DNA of 64,000 nt from Vicugna vicugna (GCA_013265495.1 MU058584.1:4532508-4596507); one strand, 5' to 3'; shown: positions 14,854-29,760, counted from the stretch's first letter. Made by a program: numbers and translations. The notes: generated by a model not told the origin, from the letters alone.

Positions 14854-15051
<198 letters not shown>

Positions 15052-15895
15052 TAAAGCCATCAGAAAGATGGCAAAAACTCTTTACTGAAGTCAGTTTTAT
15101 TTATATCAACTAATGTATGCCATGTTTTATATCTTCAGTAATCACAAGGTTCTTACTGTATTGTGTGAAATAGTAGAGGACGAAGGGTATTTGGCATAAT
15201 TTGTTCCTTCAGATTTCCACTAGACCTTGCCTTCATTTTTTGCTTTTCTCAAAAAAAGCAAGTCTGATAATCCCTGTTGTAAGTTCTTTCTGTCTGTACT
15301 CTGTGAATGGAAATGGATGAAACTCTGTAGATAAGTAAGTTGTGTATAATTGAATAGTTTCTCCTTTTGTTTACTTATATGCAATATTTATTAATTCCTG
15401 TTTCTGGTGTTAGCTGGCCTGTTTTCATATTTTGTTTCACTACTTTCCAGTTTGCTGGTCATTGGCAAGTTACTTATCTCTGTCAAAAATGAGGAGTATA
15501 AAAATTAACTCCTAAATGTTTTATATCCTAAAATGAAAAATTCTGTTGAACTTCATCCATAAATGGTTCTTATTAAGTTCTTACTGTAAACTTAAAAAAA
15601 AATTCTTGGACTGTGTATTTGCAGAAGAGTTATCAAATTTGTGCTTAAATTTAAACTAAGAAATATTTAAATCAAGATGATTAAAAGAAAAAGTTTTATA
15701 TTCTGCGATAGTTGCATCTTGCAAGACATGAACTTGGTTAGTTCATTCTGTCTTTGTTTTAATGAAATCTAGATTTGAAGCAAAATCAGGGAAAAATTTT
15801 TAATGCTTATTAAATATTCTTAATACTTTTGCCGATAGCATAAGGCCTGGTATCACACATAGTAGACTAATTCAAGCCTTTTAAAATCATGACTG

Positions 15896-16362
15896 TGAAA
15901 TAAAGCTATTTGCAGCAACATGGATGGACCTAAATGGTCATATTAAGTTGAGTCAGAGAGAAAGACAAATATCATATTGATATCACTTATATGTAGAATC
16001 TAAAGAAATGATACAAATGAACCTATTTACAAACCAGAAGTAGACTTACAGACATAGAAAAAAAACTATGGTTACCAAAGGGGAAAGGGGTGTGGGGAGG
16101 GATAAATTAGGAGTCTGGGATTAACATACGCACATTAGTATATATAAAATAGATAAACAACAAGGACTTACTATACAGCACAAGGAACTATATTCAATAG
16201 CTTGTAATAACTTATAATGAAAAAGCATCTGAAGAAGAAAATATGTATGTATACATATAGTGGAGTCATTTTGTTATACACCTGAAACTAACACAACATT
16301 GCAAATTAATTATACTTCAATTAAATAAATAAATACATTTAAAAAATCAAAAAAATAAAAAA
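15896..16362 (+). mobile_element. 5'-truncated artiodactyl-type L1 with target-site duplication
   Basis: tttgcagcaacatggatggacct...gggagggataaattaggag...A-rich tail; TSD taaaatcatgactg at 15882-15895 and 16363-16376. Confidence 0.9.
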
Positions 16363-16931
16363 TAAAATCATGACTGGATCATGTTAGTTTAGTGGTTAAA
16401 ACATTAATGCTAATGAAATGGGAATCAGTAACTAAATCCTATTCTGACCTATTTGTAGCTTTACTCTTGTCGTAAAATTTTTGTTAAATATTTTACCAGG
16501 GACATTATGTTATAGAATAGAAATATATCAAAATAAATCCATTATCCTATTATCTAGCTGTTTAATCAGAATCACTGTCTTCCAACTTAAGGGACTAAAT
16601 ATTATTTATAGGCCTCTCACAAGCTGTTACTTAGCTTTATCAAAGTCAAGCTACCACACTGAGCATTTTGCTTGAAAGATTTATTATTTTAATAAGAATG
16701 TGCTGTAGATAGATTTTACCCCTATTAATTAGCCTCTTTGGGCAAGTGGACCAAACCACCAGTGGGTGCTTTTGATATCCTGAAATTACCTGTTTCTCTC
16801 TGTGTATATATATGTGTGTGTACATGTGTACACTCAAGTGCACATGTATTTCTTGAACATATCTCTTTAGAGTAGTTGGTTCTGGAAAGCATTTAGTTTT
16901 TGAATTTGCATCAACATGTGTTTTTTTGAAG

Positions 16932-17192
16932 GTGGAACGAGTCAGTCCGATGTTTCAACTCTTCCTACTGTCCCATCAAGCAATGATTTGGAAGTGGGCG
17001 AAGCTGCTATGGAAGTAGATACTCCAGCTGAACAGTTTCTTCAACCTTCTACATCCTCTGCGACTTCAGCTCAGGTTCATTCAGCATCATCTTCTACAGA
17101 TAGCCCTCATTCCACTTCTTTGCTATCTTCTCCAGACAGTGAACACAAGCAGTCTGGTGAGGCATCTGGACACCAAACACATCATCAGTCTG
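16932..17192 (+). CDS. DCAF6: DCAF6 exon F (261 nt, phase 1-1), Ser/Thr-rich, probably disordered
   Basis: ttttgaag| ... |gtgagg; (G)[42 protein letters not shown]...GHQTHHQS; within ORF 16916..17212. Confidence 0.94.
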
Positions 17193-19479
17193 GTGAGGAT
17201 GTCACTCTTTAAATAGGCTATGGTTCGTCTGATGATTTCTGATAGAAAACTTCTTTATGGGCTATTTTGAAAGATACTAAATCACATCAACTTGTTCCTG
17301 CTGGAATAAGTGATCAGAATGACGTGCCATATGTGAATGTGTAACTTAAAGACAAAATTCAAGTGTGCCTAACTTGCATGAATTTTAACAAATAGCAGAA
17401 ATCTTCAGTTTACAGAAGACAATTCTTTAAAAACTGTAGGTAGTGTTTTGACATAGTTTAATGCACTTAACAATTATTTTTTTATAGACCATTACAGACC
17501 AAAATACCTTTCTTAGACTTACTTGGTTGTGAGTCTGTATTAAAGTGATAGTGAAAATATAGCCCTGATTATGATTAGTTCCATAGTATCTGTATTTTTG
17601 ACTATTTTTCCTCAAATCAAGAAATACTTCTAATACATTCTGTGTGGTGCATTTTATGTGGTCTCTTGTAACAATATATAAAATTTACCAAAAGAATTAT
17701 TTCTCTTATATTTAATGAAAAAGAATAGTTCTAATAAAACCTTGTCTTTTTGGTATTTGATGTTAGTGAAAAACATTCAACTCCTAAATTCTGTTAAAAT
17801 ACTATTTTCTTCTCACTATAATAACTCCGTATATTCAAACCCGCCCCCGCCCTCAACTATGGAATGTACTAGAATTACATCAGTAATTTTTGGTGGTTAT
17901 GTCTGTAGTTTACTTGGCATTTTAACTGTATATATGTAATTATAATAACCAGTAAGATGTTTATTCATATTTTTCTTTGGGTTTTTCTAAGAAAGTATTT
18001 TACTCAATATATAATCAAAAATATTAGCAACTAAAGATACAGCTGGCAGGCCTAAGCTAAAGCCTATAAAAAAATTCCTAACAGCTTAACGGCCGAGCTG
18101 TCACTTTATTCTGGCTTCTCTGAAATCAGATGCCAGATCACCAAATACGGGGTGTTTTAAATTAAGCACTCTTTTTATCAGAATATCCCATTTTTGATAA
18201 TTCATTTTCAGTTTCTATGGGAATAGAAGCCAGAGTCAATTATGTGATTGTTAATACTTGTGTACAGTTTACCTATAATAATAAGCTAAAGATGAACTAT
18301 AAAATTAGGTTTTCTACACTCTGGTTGACATAGTTAGCATTTCAATGAATGGGAAGAAATATTTTGAGGAGTTTGGGATATAGGGACAGAATTGGTTAAA
18401 AGTTTGCTTTTCAAAGCAGGTAAAATTGGTAAAAAAAAAAAAAGAATTTTTAAAGTGGTAACATTCTTGGAAGTAGTCTTAAAGATTTTGGTCAATTGTA
18501 AGTTTGATCACAACTTAGTAAGAAGATTCCCTAGCTGATGTTCACATTCCACTGACTCTTAACTTGTTCCAGTTGTTTCTTAAACACATTTCTGAGTATA
18601 CTTAGTTTGGAGTTTCATTTTTCCTTTTTGTTATAGATACTGAACACATTTTAATACTACATTTCAAGTTACTAAATCCTTTTTAATATTTGATGTAAGT
18701 ATTAAACACTATAGTCATGGAATCATTGAAATAGAAAAAAAACTATTTGTGATGATCATGCAATATTGTTTGAACATTACTTGGCACTTTTGCCTATCAA
18801 TTTTTCAAAGTAAGGAAAGAATTATAAAAAGAATCTTGGTTAAGTAAACTATGGAAAATGGGAATAGTTCTGTGTTAACAAGATAGTATTGCTATTGAGA
18901 AAATGATTTGATGTCAGATGTAACATCTAAAGATTATGTCTGTAATTGTCTTGACAATAGAAACAGGCCTTTTATTATCCCAGAGTTTAGCATTTTAACA
19001 GTAAGGACTTAATGCTTTTTTGTTTAGTTTAGTTTTGGTTTTTCTCCCCAGTCTTTTATTCGCTTCTACGTCCAGATGGGTTTGTGGGTAGTAGGAATTG
19101 TCCATGTAGGTGGGAGTGCCATCTTAGAGCCATGGTTTCTATTATGGCCTTGCATAGAGAGAGAGAGAAAATGACAAAGTATGCTTCTTGCCTTGCGGTG
19201 GATACCTCTTTATGTAAATGTGTGTGTCTTTCCTTCATTTCCTTTGCACTTCCTCTGTGACTTTTGCTAGGGTGAAGGAGAGGGACAAGATGTGAAGACT
19301 TTCCTGGCAAAATTTCATCTCTAATTGAACCTCATTATTTGCCTTTTCGTAGTCTGCAACTGAGTCACTGAATGATAGTGAAGAAATTAAAGACCGCGGA
19401 TTTCATTGGGTGCTTAACATGTTGTCTTAGAGCAATCTTTCAGCACTGTTGCTCAACTAGACAAAATATCTTTTACATA

Positions 19480-21290
19480 CCTTCATGTCTCTCAAATTTT
19501 TAGCACCACCCTTTACCTTCATCCTGCTCCTAGCCGTTAACCTTCTTTTATTCACAGTGGGGGAAATAAAGCATTTACTTTCCTACTTTTGTCACATTGT
19601 GACAGAAGCAGTCACATTTTGGGAAGAAATGTGTCTGCTAAAAAAGGCTAGCTAGTGTAGTTCCCATCTCTTTCCAACTTCTCAAGGACTTTACTCCTTC
19701 TGTTGCATCTTTATTATTACCTTTTCTACTAAATTTTTCCTTTCTACCTCAGACATGCTCTATTATTATCTTCTATCTTAAAAAAATTTTCTCTAAACTG
19801 TTCCACATTCCTCTCTGGAGTTATGTCTTTGCTCCTTTTATAGTCAGAGTCTTCAAAAGAGTTGCTTACGTATAACATCTCCATTTTCTTAACATCTTCC
19901 ACTTATTTATCAACCAACTCAAATCTGCCTTTCAACTTCCTTTCTACCAGAACTTTTTGTCAAGTTTCCAGTGACTTCCATTTTGCCAGATTTAAAGTAT
20001 ACTTCTCTGTTGGTATCTTATAGATATTTTTAACCTGATTGCATTTAACATAGTCTGTCATTTTTTTCTTGAAATACTTTCCTTTCTTGGCATTCATGAC
20101 ACTGCTTTTGCCTGCTTACTCTCATTACTGACTGTGACTAGTTTCCAGTAGCCATTGTTGATGTTTCTTATCCCATTTACTTCTGAATGTTTTAGTAGAA
20201 CCCCTTAATCCATGCTCTCTTCTCTACCTCCTTGGGTAATTACATCAATTCCCATATCATTTACTATCTCCTCTAAGTTGGTGATTCCCAAATGTGTGTC
20301 AACAATCTGATCTTCGACCCTGAGTTACAGACTCCTGTGTCCAACTGCTTATGACACTTCTTTTTGGTTATTTGTGGATATCTTAAGTTTAAGGTGTCCA
20401 AACAAACTTAATCTATCCTCCCACCCTTCCCATCTCACTAATCTCTTTTATCCTAGTCATTTTATATCTCAGTAAATTATAATTACTGCCCGTTTCCTAA
20501 TTTTAACAACCTGTCAGTTATTGATTCCTTGCTTTTCTTCATGTCTCACGTCCAGTCTATCAGCAAGTCCTGTTGCTTCTGTATCTAAATATGTTCTACT
20601 TCTTTCCATCTCACATCATTATTGTCCACTAGTTGATCTCCACTTACTGCTGCTCCCTTACAATTTATTCTCCATGCAGCAGCCAGGATGCGTATTTTAA
20701 AATGTGAAATCAGATTATATAACTTTGCTGTCTAAAAACTCCTCAAAGACTTCTAGTTGCGTTTTGAAATATAACTACAAAAGAAAAAACCTCAAACTCC
20801 TAACTGTGGACCTGAAAGAACCAAATGGCCTGGCTTTTGCCTACCTCTCTAGCCTCATTTCATACCATTTTCTCAGTTCTCAGGTCATTATGCTCCGGCT
20901 GTACTGGTTTCCTTTCAGTTCCTTGAATGTGCCAGGTTTTCTTCCGCCTCTGTCTTTCTAATGCTGAACCTTTGTGCTGTTCTCTGTGCCTGAGAAGCTC
21001 TTCCCCTGGTTTCTCCTTTTTGTTGGTTCTCAGCTCAAATGTTACCCAAGGGAGGTCTTTTATAACTACCCTGGCTACATTTATCTTTCTTTCCTACCCT
21101 CCCTAAAATTTTATTCTCTTTTTTTTATAGCCCTGTTTACTTCCTGAAAAGCAGTTATTAAAATGTGTAATTATTTTGTTTATTTTTTATTGATTCACTT
21201 ATGCCTTATTTTCTCTTATTAGAATGTGCTCTCATACAGACTTTATCTGTCTTGTTCTATGTAAGCCTCTTTTCCCTCCCAACAGAAGTC
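19480..21290 (+). mobile_element. Degenerate L2
   Basis: gtcaagtttccagtgacttcc, ggtgattcccaaat, ccatgcagcagccagga, gtgaaatcagatta, ctcagctcaaatgttacc. Confidence 0.7.
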
Positions 21291-24123
21291 ACTCGTTAAA
21301 GATACTGTTAAAATTACTATCTTTAAGCTAGCATAAGCTATGTAGAGTATATTTAGCTATATTATGGTCTTTATAATTTCATTCCCACTTCATTTATTCT
21401 AGATGTTTCCAGTAGGCTCCCCAAGTTTGACATTATTTAGGGAAGATGCTGTGAATGGATATCCAGTTATTTATCGGCTTTGGATCCATTGTTTGCCCTT
21501 GGCTGTCCCAGCCACATAAGACTGAATAGATGCTTTTTCTTACTTTGTTGTAGAAATATTTTAAGGTAACTTACAGAAACACTTTTAAAAAAATCATTCT
21601 GATAAATGATGAAATCAGGATAAGCAGAAATATGGGTAGGAAAAAAATTAAAATGGAGTGGCAGTGAGGTGAATATATGAAATGCATACCTGAAGAATAT
21701 TGTGTCTAGAGGGAGCTGCAGAGTTGGCTCTGGGTTTTGTATTTGATTAGGAAGGTAAATATACTCAAGTGGAATTTGAGGTCAGCTGGTAGATCTTTTT
21801 TCAAAATTTTGACTTCTTCACCCTTTGTATTCTTGAATTTTGTTCTAATTCGCATAGTCACACCATTTGAAACCATTTCTATATACATAAATCAGAATCT
21901 AATTAGACATTTTGATTCTTATATTATACATGGTCTTTTCTTGACTATTTGACAAAAGGCTGTGCTTTTGAAAATATCATTATGAGATATCTATTTAAAA
22001 ACCAGAGAAGTATGACTATGAGCTGAAACTATATAGGTTAAAAATGAAATCTTCATAATTTTATTTGTACAAAGCATTTCAAAGTAACTATAAAACATTT
22101 TTTCTTTCTCAGTAGTGCCTATCAGACATCACTTTTAGTTGCTTCTCAAACTAAGCCTGGAAATGTCTTCATTTCATGTGTTTATATTTTTTTCCCACGG
22201 TTAGGAGCTTCTTACAATGAGAGAGTGTTAAATGATGGAGTCATTCCAGTGTGTTATAGTTTTATTACCTCCTTTGGTTTTATTGTAATCTAAATAAAAG
22301 TATATGATTAGAGAAGGTGGTTTCTTTGGATTGGATGGGGATATCAGTACATACAGAATTCAGTTTTGGGGGGTGCTTACCTTGAGAAGTAAGTCACCTT
22401 AAGAATCCATGTGTTTCTAATTAATGACCACTCAGACCATGAGAACTGAAGTTTTTTACGTTAGTATATCATATGGCTTATGTGTGGATTCCTGCTTATT
22501 TACGAATTACTATGTCTGCTCAGATTTACACGTTTATTTAGGTCTATTCAGAGTCTTTCTAGCTGTACTGAGCTCTGTGTAATTCCTGGGGAAGTAAGAA
22601 CTCTGTTGCATAATATAAAGGGGATCAGGGTCTAGTCAGATGAGGTATAGGCCATTTATAGATTAGAAACAACTGGAAGTATTAGGTTAATAACCACTTT
22701 GGGGAAACTAAAGAAGAGATAAGAAGAACTTGGAAGCCAGTAAAGGAGTGACCATTTCTAGGAGAAGAAAATACACAGTGATTCCCTTGGGCAAAGGAGT
22801 GAGTTGAGAATGGAGGACAGTTGGGAGTGGGGGACAGTGGATAGCAAGCAGATAAAGTACCACCAAATTAGACATAAAAATAACCCCGTGTCCAAGACAG
22901 AAGACCCTGTGTTTTGGAGGAGAGGCAGGACTTGATGTTAGAAGCAAGTGGACCTTTGTTGGGTCAACTGCAGTTTATGGTTTTTTTATAACACTGGGAA
23001 TAAGTCATTTTGGAGACTAGCCTGGATTCTTTCGGAGGAAAACAAGAATAGGGTTAGTAGTTGTTTGAAGAGATGAAATTACAAGCTTCCCAAGAAGTTA
23101 GCAGTTCTTGACTCACTGTTGAAGATTTTTTTGTTATTGTTTTAAAAAATTTAACCCAAAGACATTCATTGTATTCACCTTCCATTTTGGCTAATGTTGA
23201 CAGAAACGAATTCTCTAAGCATTTATTCATATTATAAATTATATATGCTTGTTTATACATTTTTAAAGGATGTAATGTGTATGTATCTTACCTGCCTTTA
23301 ATATTTCAAACTGCTAGAAGTGTTTGTTTAGTCTGGTATGTCTGGTGGGAATTTTTAATTCAGTATTTGCCTTTCCCAGTAGACGTGTGATGACTTCTTT
23401 CCCTATCCTCAATTTTTTTTTAACTTCATGGGGAAAAGCCACATACAACCAGCCTTATAAGTAAGCAAACAAATTCTTCTTTAAAAGGCAGTGGAAGGAA
23501 GTGTTAAATTAGTTCATGACATTATCGTAACTAAATCATGATTTTCAAAGTCATAGGGCATCACTGCTTGTACTTAGAGCCTGCTGCATCACCTGGTGGG
23601 TCTCGGATGGAGACTCATACCCACATAAACATTGGGCAGCACAAGAGAGGGTTTGGAATGACAATGAAGTTGAGTGTATTTTTGTTATTTTTTAAAAATT
23701 TTCTTAGCAAAACTTGACATATCTGTAATCGCTCTCTTTGTGGTAATTTGCTTTGAAGTGTAAAATGACAAACTTTATGGCTGCATAATAATGCTTTATA
23801 TTGCTAAAAGTGTTACTGCTGTCCTGACAATGAATATGGTATACCCATAAACCTAAGAAGGAGGCACAGTGCTATTGAACATCGCAGTTTATTTGTTAGT
23901 GAACACTGTACTGCTTGGTACAAGAGAATTTTCTAGGAGGAACTAGCAATGAGAGACTTTGATACTTGGATTATTAAATCTTAACTACCAATTGAATAAA
24001 ATTCTTAATAAGTAGAGGCCGTGGTGTCAAGACGTTATTATCTCTTGCATGATTGATTCTGAAACAATGAACCAAATTTTGCACCCTTGTAACCTGTGTA
24101 AAAGAGGTTCTGTAAGTTCTTTG

Positions 24124-24175
24124 GTAGTTTGTGCAATTTGCTGTCAGTGTAGTTTGTGCAATTTGCTGTCAGTGT
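24124..24175. repeat. Perfect 25-bp tandem duplication
   Basis: gtagtttgtgcaatttgctgtcagt x2. Confidence 0.92.
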
Positions 24176-24179
24176 CACA

Positions 24180-25530
24180 GAGAAATTCCATGTGATCCCT
24201 CCATTGAATCTACGACCATCAAATCTCTCTGCCTCCCCTTTGATTATAGTGGATGAAATTTGTATGCACCTATCCAAAAGCAATTCCTCCTCTTATCCAC
24301 TGTTACTGATGGTCTACACAGGGACATCATGCTTGGATTTGCCCACTTCTTTTCAAGCATCATCTTTCTTCCTCCTTCCACTTAAACATTGTCCATCAGC
24401 ATACGAGCATAGGTGTTATCTCCCAAACTAAAACAAACAGGCCTCTTAGGACTCTTTACTCTCCTACCAATAAATCATCTGATTTCTCTGTTCCCCATTA
24501 TTAGCAAGACTTCTGGGAAAAGTATATATACTTTGTCCCTCTACTTCATTACCTCTCCTTTCTCTTGAACCTGTTTCAGTCAGGTTTTGGCCCCTGTGAT
24601 TTTGCTGAAACGACTCTTGTCAAGGTCTTCCTTGTGATTAGTTCTCGGCCAGTATCTTTTTCATCGTATCAGCAGCATTTAACACAACTGCTTGCTTTAT
24701 TCTTCTTGACACACGTTCACCACTGAGCCTGCAGAACTCGGCTCACTCAGTTCTCCGGCCTCCTCATTGGCTTGACCTTCTTCTTCCTATTCCTCCTTCT
24801 CTTAAAAACTGTAGTATTCCAGAGTTCAGTTCTTAGACTTATTTATTATCACTCTCTAGCTGGCTTAAAGTAACGTCGCCAGTGATACCCAGATTTACTG
24901 GTGAATTTTAGGCTGTTACAGTTGACTGGTCGCTACTCAGTTTCTTCACTTGGATACCTTTTAGTTCTTTTCTTCCCTGTAGTACTCCTTGCTCTTTCTC
25001 CGTTCTTCCCCGTTGTGATCAATGGCAGCTCCATTTTTCCTGTTATCTACACCAAAACCTTTGGAATCACTCCACATCCAAACCATTAGCAAATTCTTCT
25101 GCCGTTATCTGTAATATGTATCCCACATCCAGGTACACCTCCCCCTCTGAGCACTTGTACTTGCTCTTTCCTCCACCAGGAACACTCTTCCTTGAGATAT
25201 CCATGTGGATTACTCCCTCACATCCTTGAAGTCTTTGTTCAAAAATCATCTTACGAGGTGAAGCCTTCCCTAATGACCATACATAGAACAACCCCCTCAC
25301 TATCTCCATCACCCTTACCTTACCCTGCCCAGTTTACTTCGTAGCAGTTATCCCCACTTGACACATAAGAACGCATATATGTGTATTACATATGTGTGTG
25401 TTTGTATTCACTGATACCCATTTTCCTCTCAGAATATAAACTCCACATGAGTAGAGACTATTTTGTTCAATGTTTTATTTATCCCCAGAGCCTAAAACAG
25501 TGCCTCATACGTAGTAGGCACTCAGTCTCT
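24180..25530 (+). mobile_element. Degenerate L2
   Basis: gaaacgactcttgtcaaggtc, tcagcagcatttaacaca; ends cctaaaacagtgcctcatacgtagtaggcactcag. Confidence 0.72.
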
Positions 25531-26115
25531 ACAGAATTTCATGTTACACTATTTCTACTTTTTATGTATGACCACTGCTTCAGATAAAATTCAAGAATAT
25601 ATTGAAGATTATTTAAATATTTTTCAGCTTAAAAAAAAGTAAATGATAATTCTAACGTAAAAATATGTAACTTTTTACATATTTTAGCTGAAAAATATGT
25701 AACTTTTCTCTTTAAAGGGCTCTACTAATTACAAGAATTATTTCCAAATGCATAACTATTTTACAATTTTAATTATTTGATTGAAATTAGTAAGGTAGTT
25801 TTTGTGTATAGATTAGATGAGTTAACTGATATTTTTCAGTTCTTAGTATTTTAAAAAGAGATGAAATTAGGAAGGAATGTTCACTTTTAAATGTTTTGCT
25901 TGTGGAAGACTATTTTCATTCTGTTTAATTACTTAAATATTATTAGATAACTCTGTGTGTCTTAACTCATCATAGTTAAACAGAAGCCCTTGGGTGTGTA
26001 CATGTGTATAGTTTGTCATAATTTAACGAGTAGTAATTTTTTATGAGTAATTTGTTTTCGGTATTCCTTTGTGAGACCTATGTTTTGTTTATACCCTTCT
26101 CTCTTTAATGTATAA

Positions 26116-26355
<240 letters not shown>

Positions 26356-29300
26356 TAATGTCAAGTGTCCTTAAGCAGCTGGTCAAGTTGGTTTTTTTTT
26401 TAACACTGCTGCTGTGTAATAAGATGCTTCCCTTTTCCCCTTTCAAAGAGAGCTGATGCGCTTGCAGCTTTTCCCTCCCTGTCTTGCACATGGTGAAATT
26501 TAGCATCACATGGCTAGAGGAGCGGATTGGCAGCAGTACTTGCTAGAGAGATGAATATAAAATAGTCCATTATTTTATTTGTAAAATTTTAGAGAGGGGC
26601 AAATGTTTTATAGCTAATGAGCTACTAGCTAATGATCTAGTGAATTTAGAGCCTGCATTGATACTTCTATTGAAATTTCTTGTATGCTGAAATATCTTTG
26701 CTTGACTCCTAGTGCTTCTTCTTTTTTTTTTTTTCTTTTTGCTTTGAAAGTTAACCAGTATTTCTAGTCCCATATAAACCCAGTACTGCTACATTTTAGA
26801 ATTACAATGTTGTTTGGCCATACTAGCATGCTGACTCAATCATTCCCTTCTGTAATTATTTAAAAAACTTCAATATTTTCTTAACTTATTCCTCCTACAC
26901 ATAATCAACTTTCTGATATGTAGGGATCAAAAATACTTTCAGTCTTATGTTCCTGTTTTTATGCTGTAAAACTCTGATATGACAGTAATAATCTGTGCCA
27001 CTCTCTTTTTCCTCAAGTATTTTAATGGCCCAGTTTTTTATGGCCAAAAAGCTCATGATGCTCAATAAACATTTGTTGAAAGAATTAGTGAAACATATAC
27101 CATAAAATAATCTGTCAGCTTAATTCTTTCAAGATGGATAATAGGTCATGTATATCTTGTACTATAGATAGTATACTAGGTGCTGTAAACCTTTATTTAG
27201 GAACTAGGTTGTCTCTGGGTTCTCATACTAATGAGATTATAGTATTTTGATATACTTTGTTTTGCCACACTAAGTGATGAGATGTAAATTAATCACTTTG
27301 CGAACTCTGATTAAGTTACTTGCAATTAATTGGGATATTGGTAGAACTGAACAGCCTCCACTTTATAAATATCTGTTCCACTAAGTGCTGTGGTAACAAA
27401 AGCACGTTATATAATATCCTGGTGAAATAAAATAGATTTAAGTAGTTGTAACATAGGTGTGACGTTTGGAACAGATTGTGGACCTGATTTTTTAATGTTG
27501 TATTAATAGAGGGAATACTGGTCAAGCAAAGGTGTCTCTGACTTTTTTTTTAACTGTACAAAAATCTTTTAATAATAAGACATTTTTGCTATGATTTTGT
27601 GCTATGTATAAAACTCTAGCTCAGAGGTTTAAGAGTAAAAATATGCAACATGAAAAGGAAGATAAAATGTCCCTACATGTATAAATATTTCTAAAATGCT
27701 GAAATTTAGCAGATAGCAAGCCAAGTATTAAAGTGAATTGAGTATAAAACAAAACTGCCTACATTATCGGTGGAGAAATGTACATTGTGAACTGGAGGAA
27801 AATATTGTAACACTCAGTCTTTATATCTAGTTCATCAGTTTGAATTGAAGCAAGTTCTTTTTAGGATCAGGAAGCTTTAGGGTGATTATATGGTCTCTGA
27901 AGTAACATGCTGTTTTCCCAACTCCAAGCATCGTTCTTATTAAATAGGATCTAGTTTGCTAATCAGTCCATTTGTGGTCATCTTTAACAAGCCATAGTTG
28001 AGTAGACATCTTGCCAATTTGGAAGTTGAGAAACCTGTTATCCTTATATTGCTATTAAACAACATGCTTGAGCCCCTGCGGCTGCCCACGTGGGCCAGTG
28101 TTAGAGGCCCTTAGCGCTGTCACTCGGTGTACGCTGCTCTCTTCACCTACAGGGTGAAGTTCTTCACCCGTGTCATATGCTTTCAGCATAGCATTCGCAT
28201 GAGGCCCTGGTAAAGCGAACCTGTGATGTGCCCTGGGTTCATTTGTCAGAGTTCCTTTTATCCTATTCTGTCCTCCCATGTCGGGAACACTATTTGGTAA
28301 TTCAGACCTTTAAGAACAGTTATATAATGTGTTGTTAGTTTACTACAAAGGACAACTAATAAAGTCTACCTGTGTTGTTCATTTAGTTAATTTTGGATAT
28401 GAAGAGAGATGAGTTGCCTTAATGCAAAATTCTTTATTTCAGAACACACAAATTATAAAAATACAGAATAGGAATTGAGTTCATGAAATTCAACAGGGAG
28501 ATAGGTTTTATTTGAATAACAATTAGAAAATATTTTCTTAGACTTCATGGTGTATAAGTATAATTTAGTGTATGTGTATATTGGACATTAATTGATCCAT
28601 TCTCTCATGCTAGATGTTACTACTAAAATCATCAGTACAGACAACACTAAAATTAACATTTAGATTTTAACTTTTTGACAATAGAAGAATGTGCAATTCT
28701 CATGAAACATTTATGATATGTTTACAGTATTATCAGTAAGTGATGATACTGTCAATAAATGATATTTCTACTGTATTCTCACCTATTTAAACCTTTTAGT
28801 CACAGGATACTCAAAGGAGATATTAATGAGATTTGGAAACCAGGAAATTTTAACACGTGTAGAATTTCTGAATGATTGCAGCGTCTGGCAGATATTTCAT
28901 TCGCTTTTCAAAATACAGGACTCATGAGAAGTTTTTTTGAAAGGCTAAGTGTAAGATGAATCTACAATTCTTAATTTTTGTAGGAAAATGGGATTAAACT
29001 GTCAAGCCATTTTGTATAAATAATCAACATTTTAATGGAAAGGGGCCTAATGCCAGTATTTCTTGGCAACTGAAAACTAAAACATCATTCCAAGGCACCA
29101 AATGGTGACACCTTCAGTTTCAAAGTGCTATTTAAAATAAGCTATATAAGATAGATGTTAAGATATGTTTAGACAGTGGTCCTCCTCCCTTTTTTTTTTC
29201 AGCTATGAAATCAGAATGTCATGGGGAAGTTCTAGTATAAAATGTAAAAGTGACACTGTTGTGATTTAACACAGAGATTAGAAATGACAACCTACCTGCT

Positions 29301-29579
29301 TATCCTTCTTGCCACCCCCAAGCCATCTCTGCTCTGAAGCACACTTTGAAAAATCACTGCTCTAAAAGATTTTTTGACACCTGTAAATGATAATTCTTTA
29401 TAGCTAATTTCCAAAATTTTTATTTTTCAAAGTCAATGTATAGTACTTCAAAATATTTTCACTTTAGTTTAAAATAAAGTGCATTTTTTTTCTAGGCTTT
29501 TAGGAAATACATCACAACTCATTCATAGCCTTTCAATGATTTTTTTTTTTAAATCATAGAGAGGTGAATTTGCCTTCAT

Positions 29580-29760
29580 CAGATTATTGCCTGGGTATTA
29601 GACTGGCTGAGTTCTTGTCCCTGGCCCTCTGACCTTGGGCAGGTCATTTGGCTGCTTTATGCCTCAGTTTCCCAATTATTGATTTATTTAGATAGTGTGG
29701 CCTGCCATAATTTATAGAAATGGCATAAAGATGGGGTACAGAATACTGTATTAAGTTTTT
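29580..29760 (+). mobile_element. MIR fragment
   Basis: tgaccttgggcaggtcattt...gcctcagtttcc. Confidence 0.65.

Noticed and set aside
19076..19109. Possible 34-nt cryptic exon (ccag| ... tag|gtggga)
   Set aside because: Weak donor and no independent support; such pseudo-exons are common
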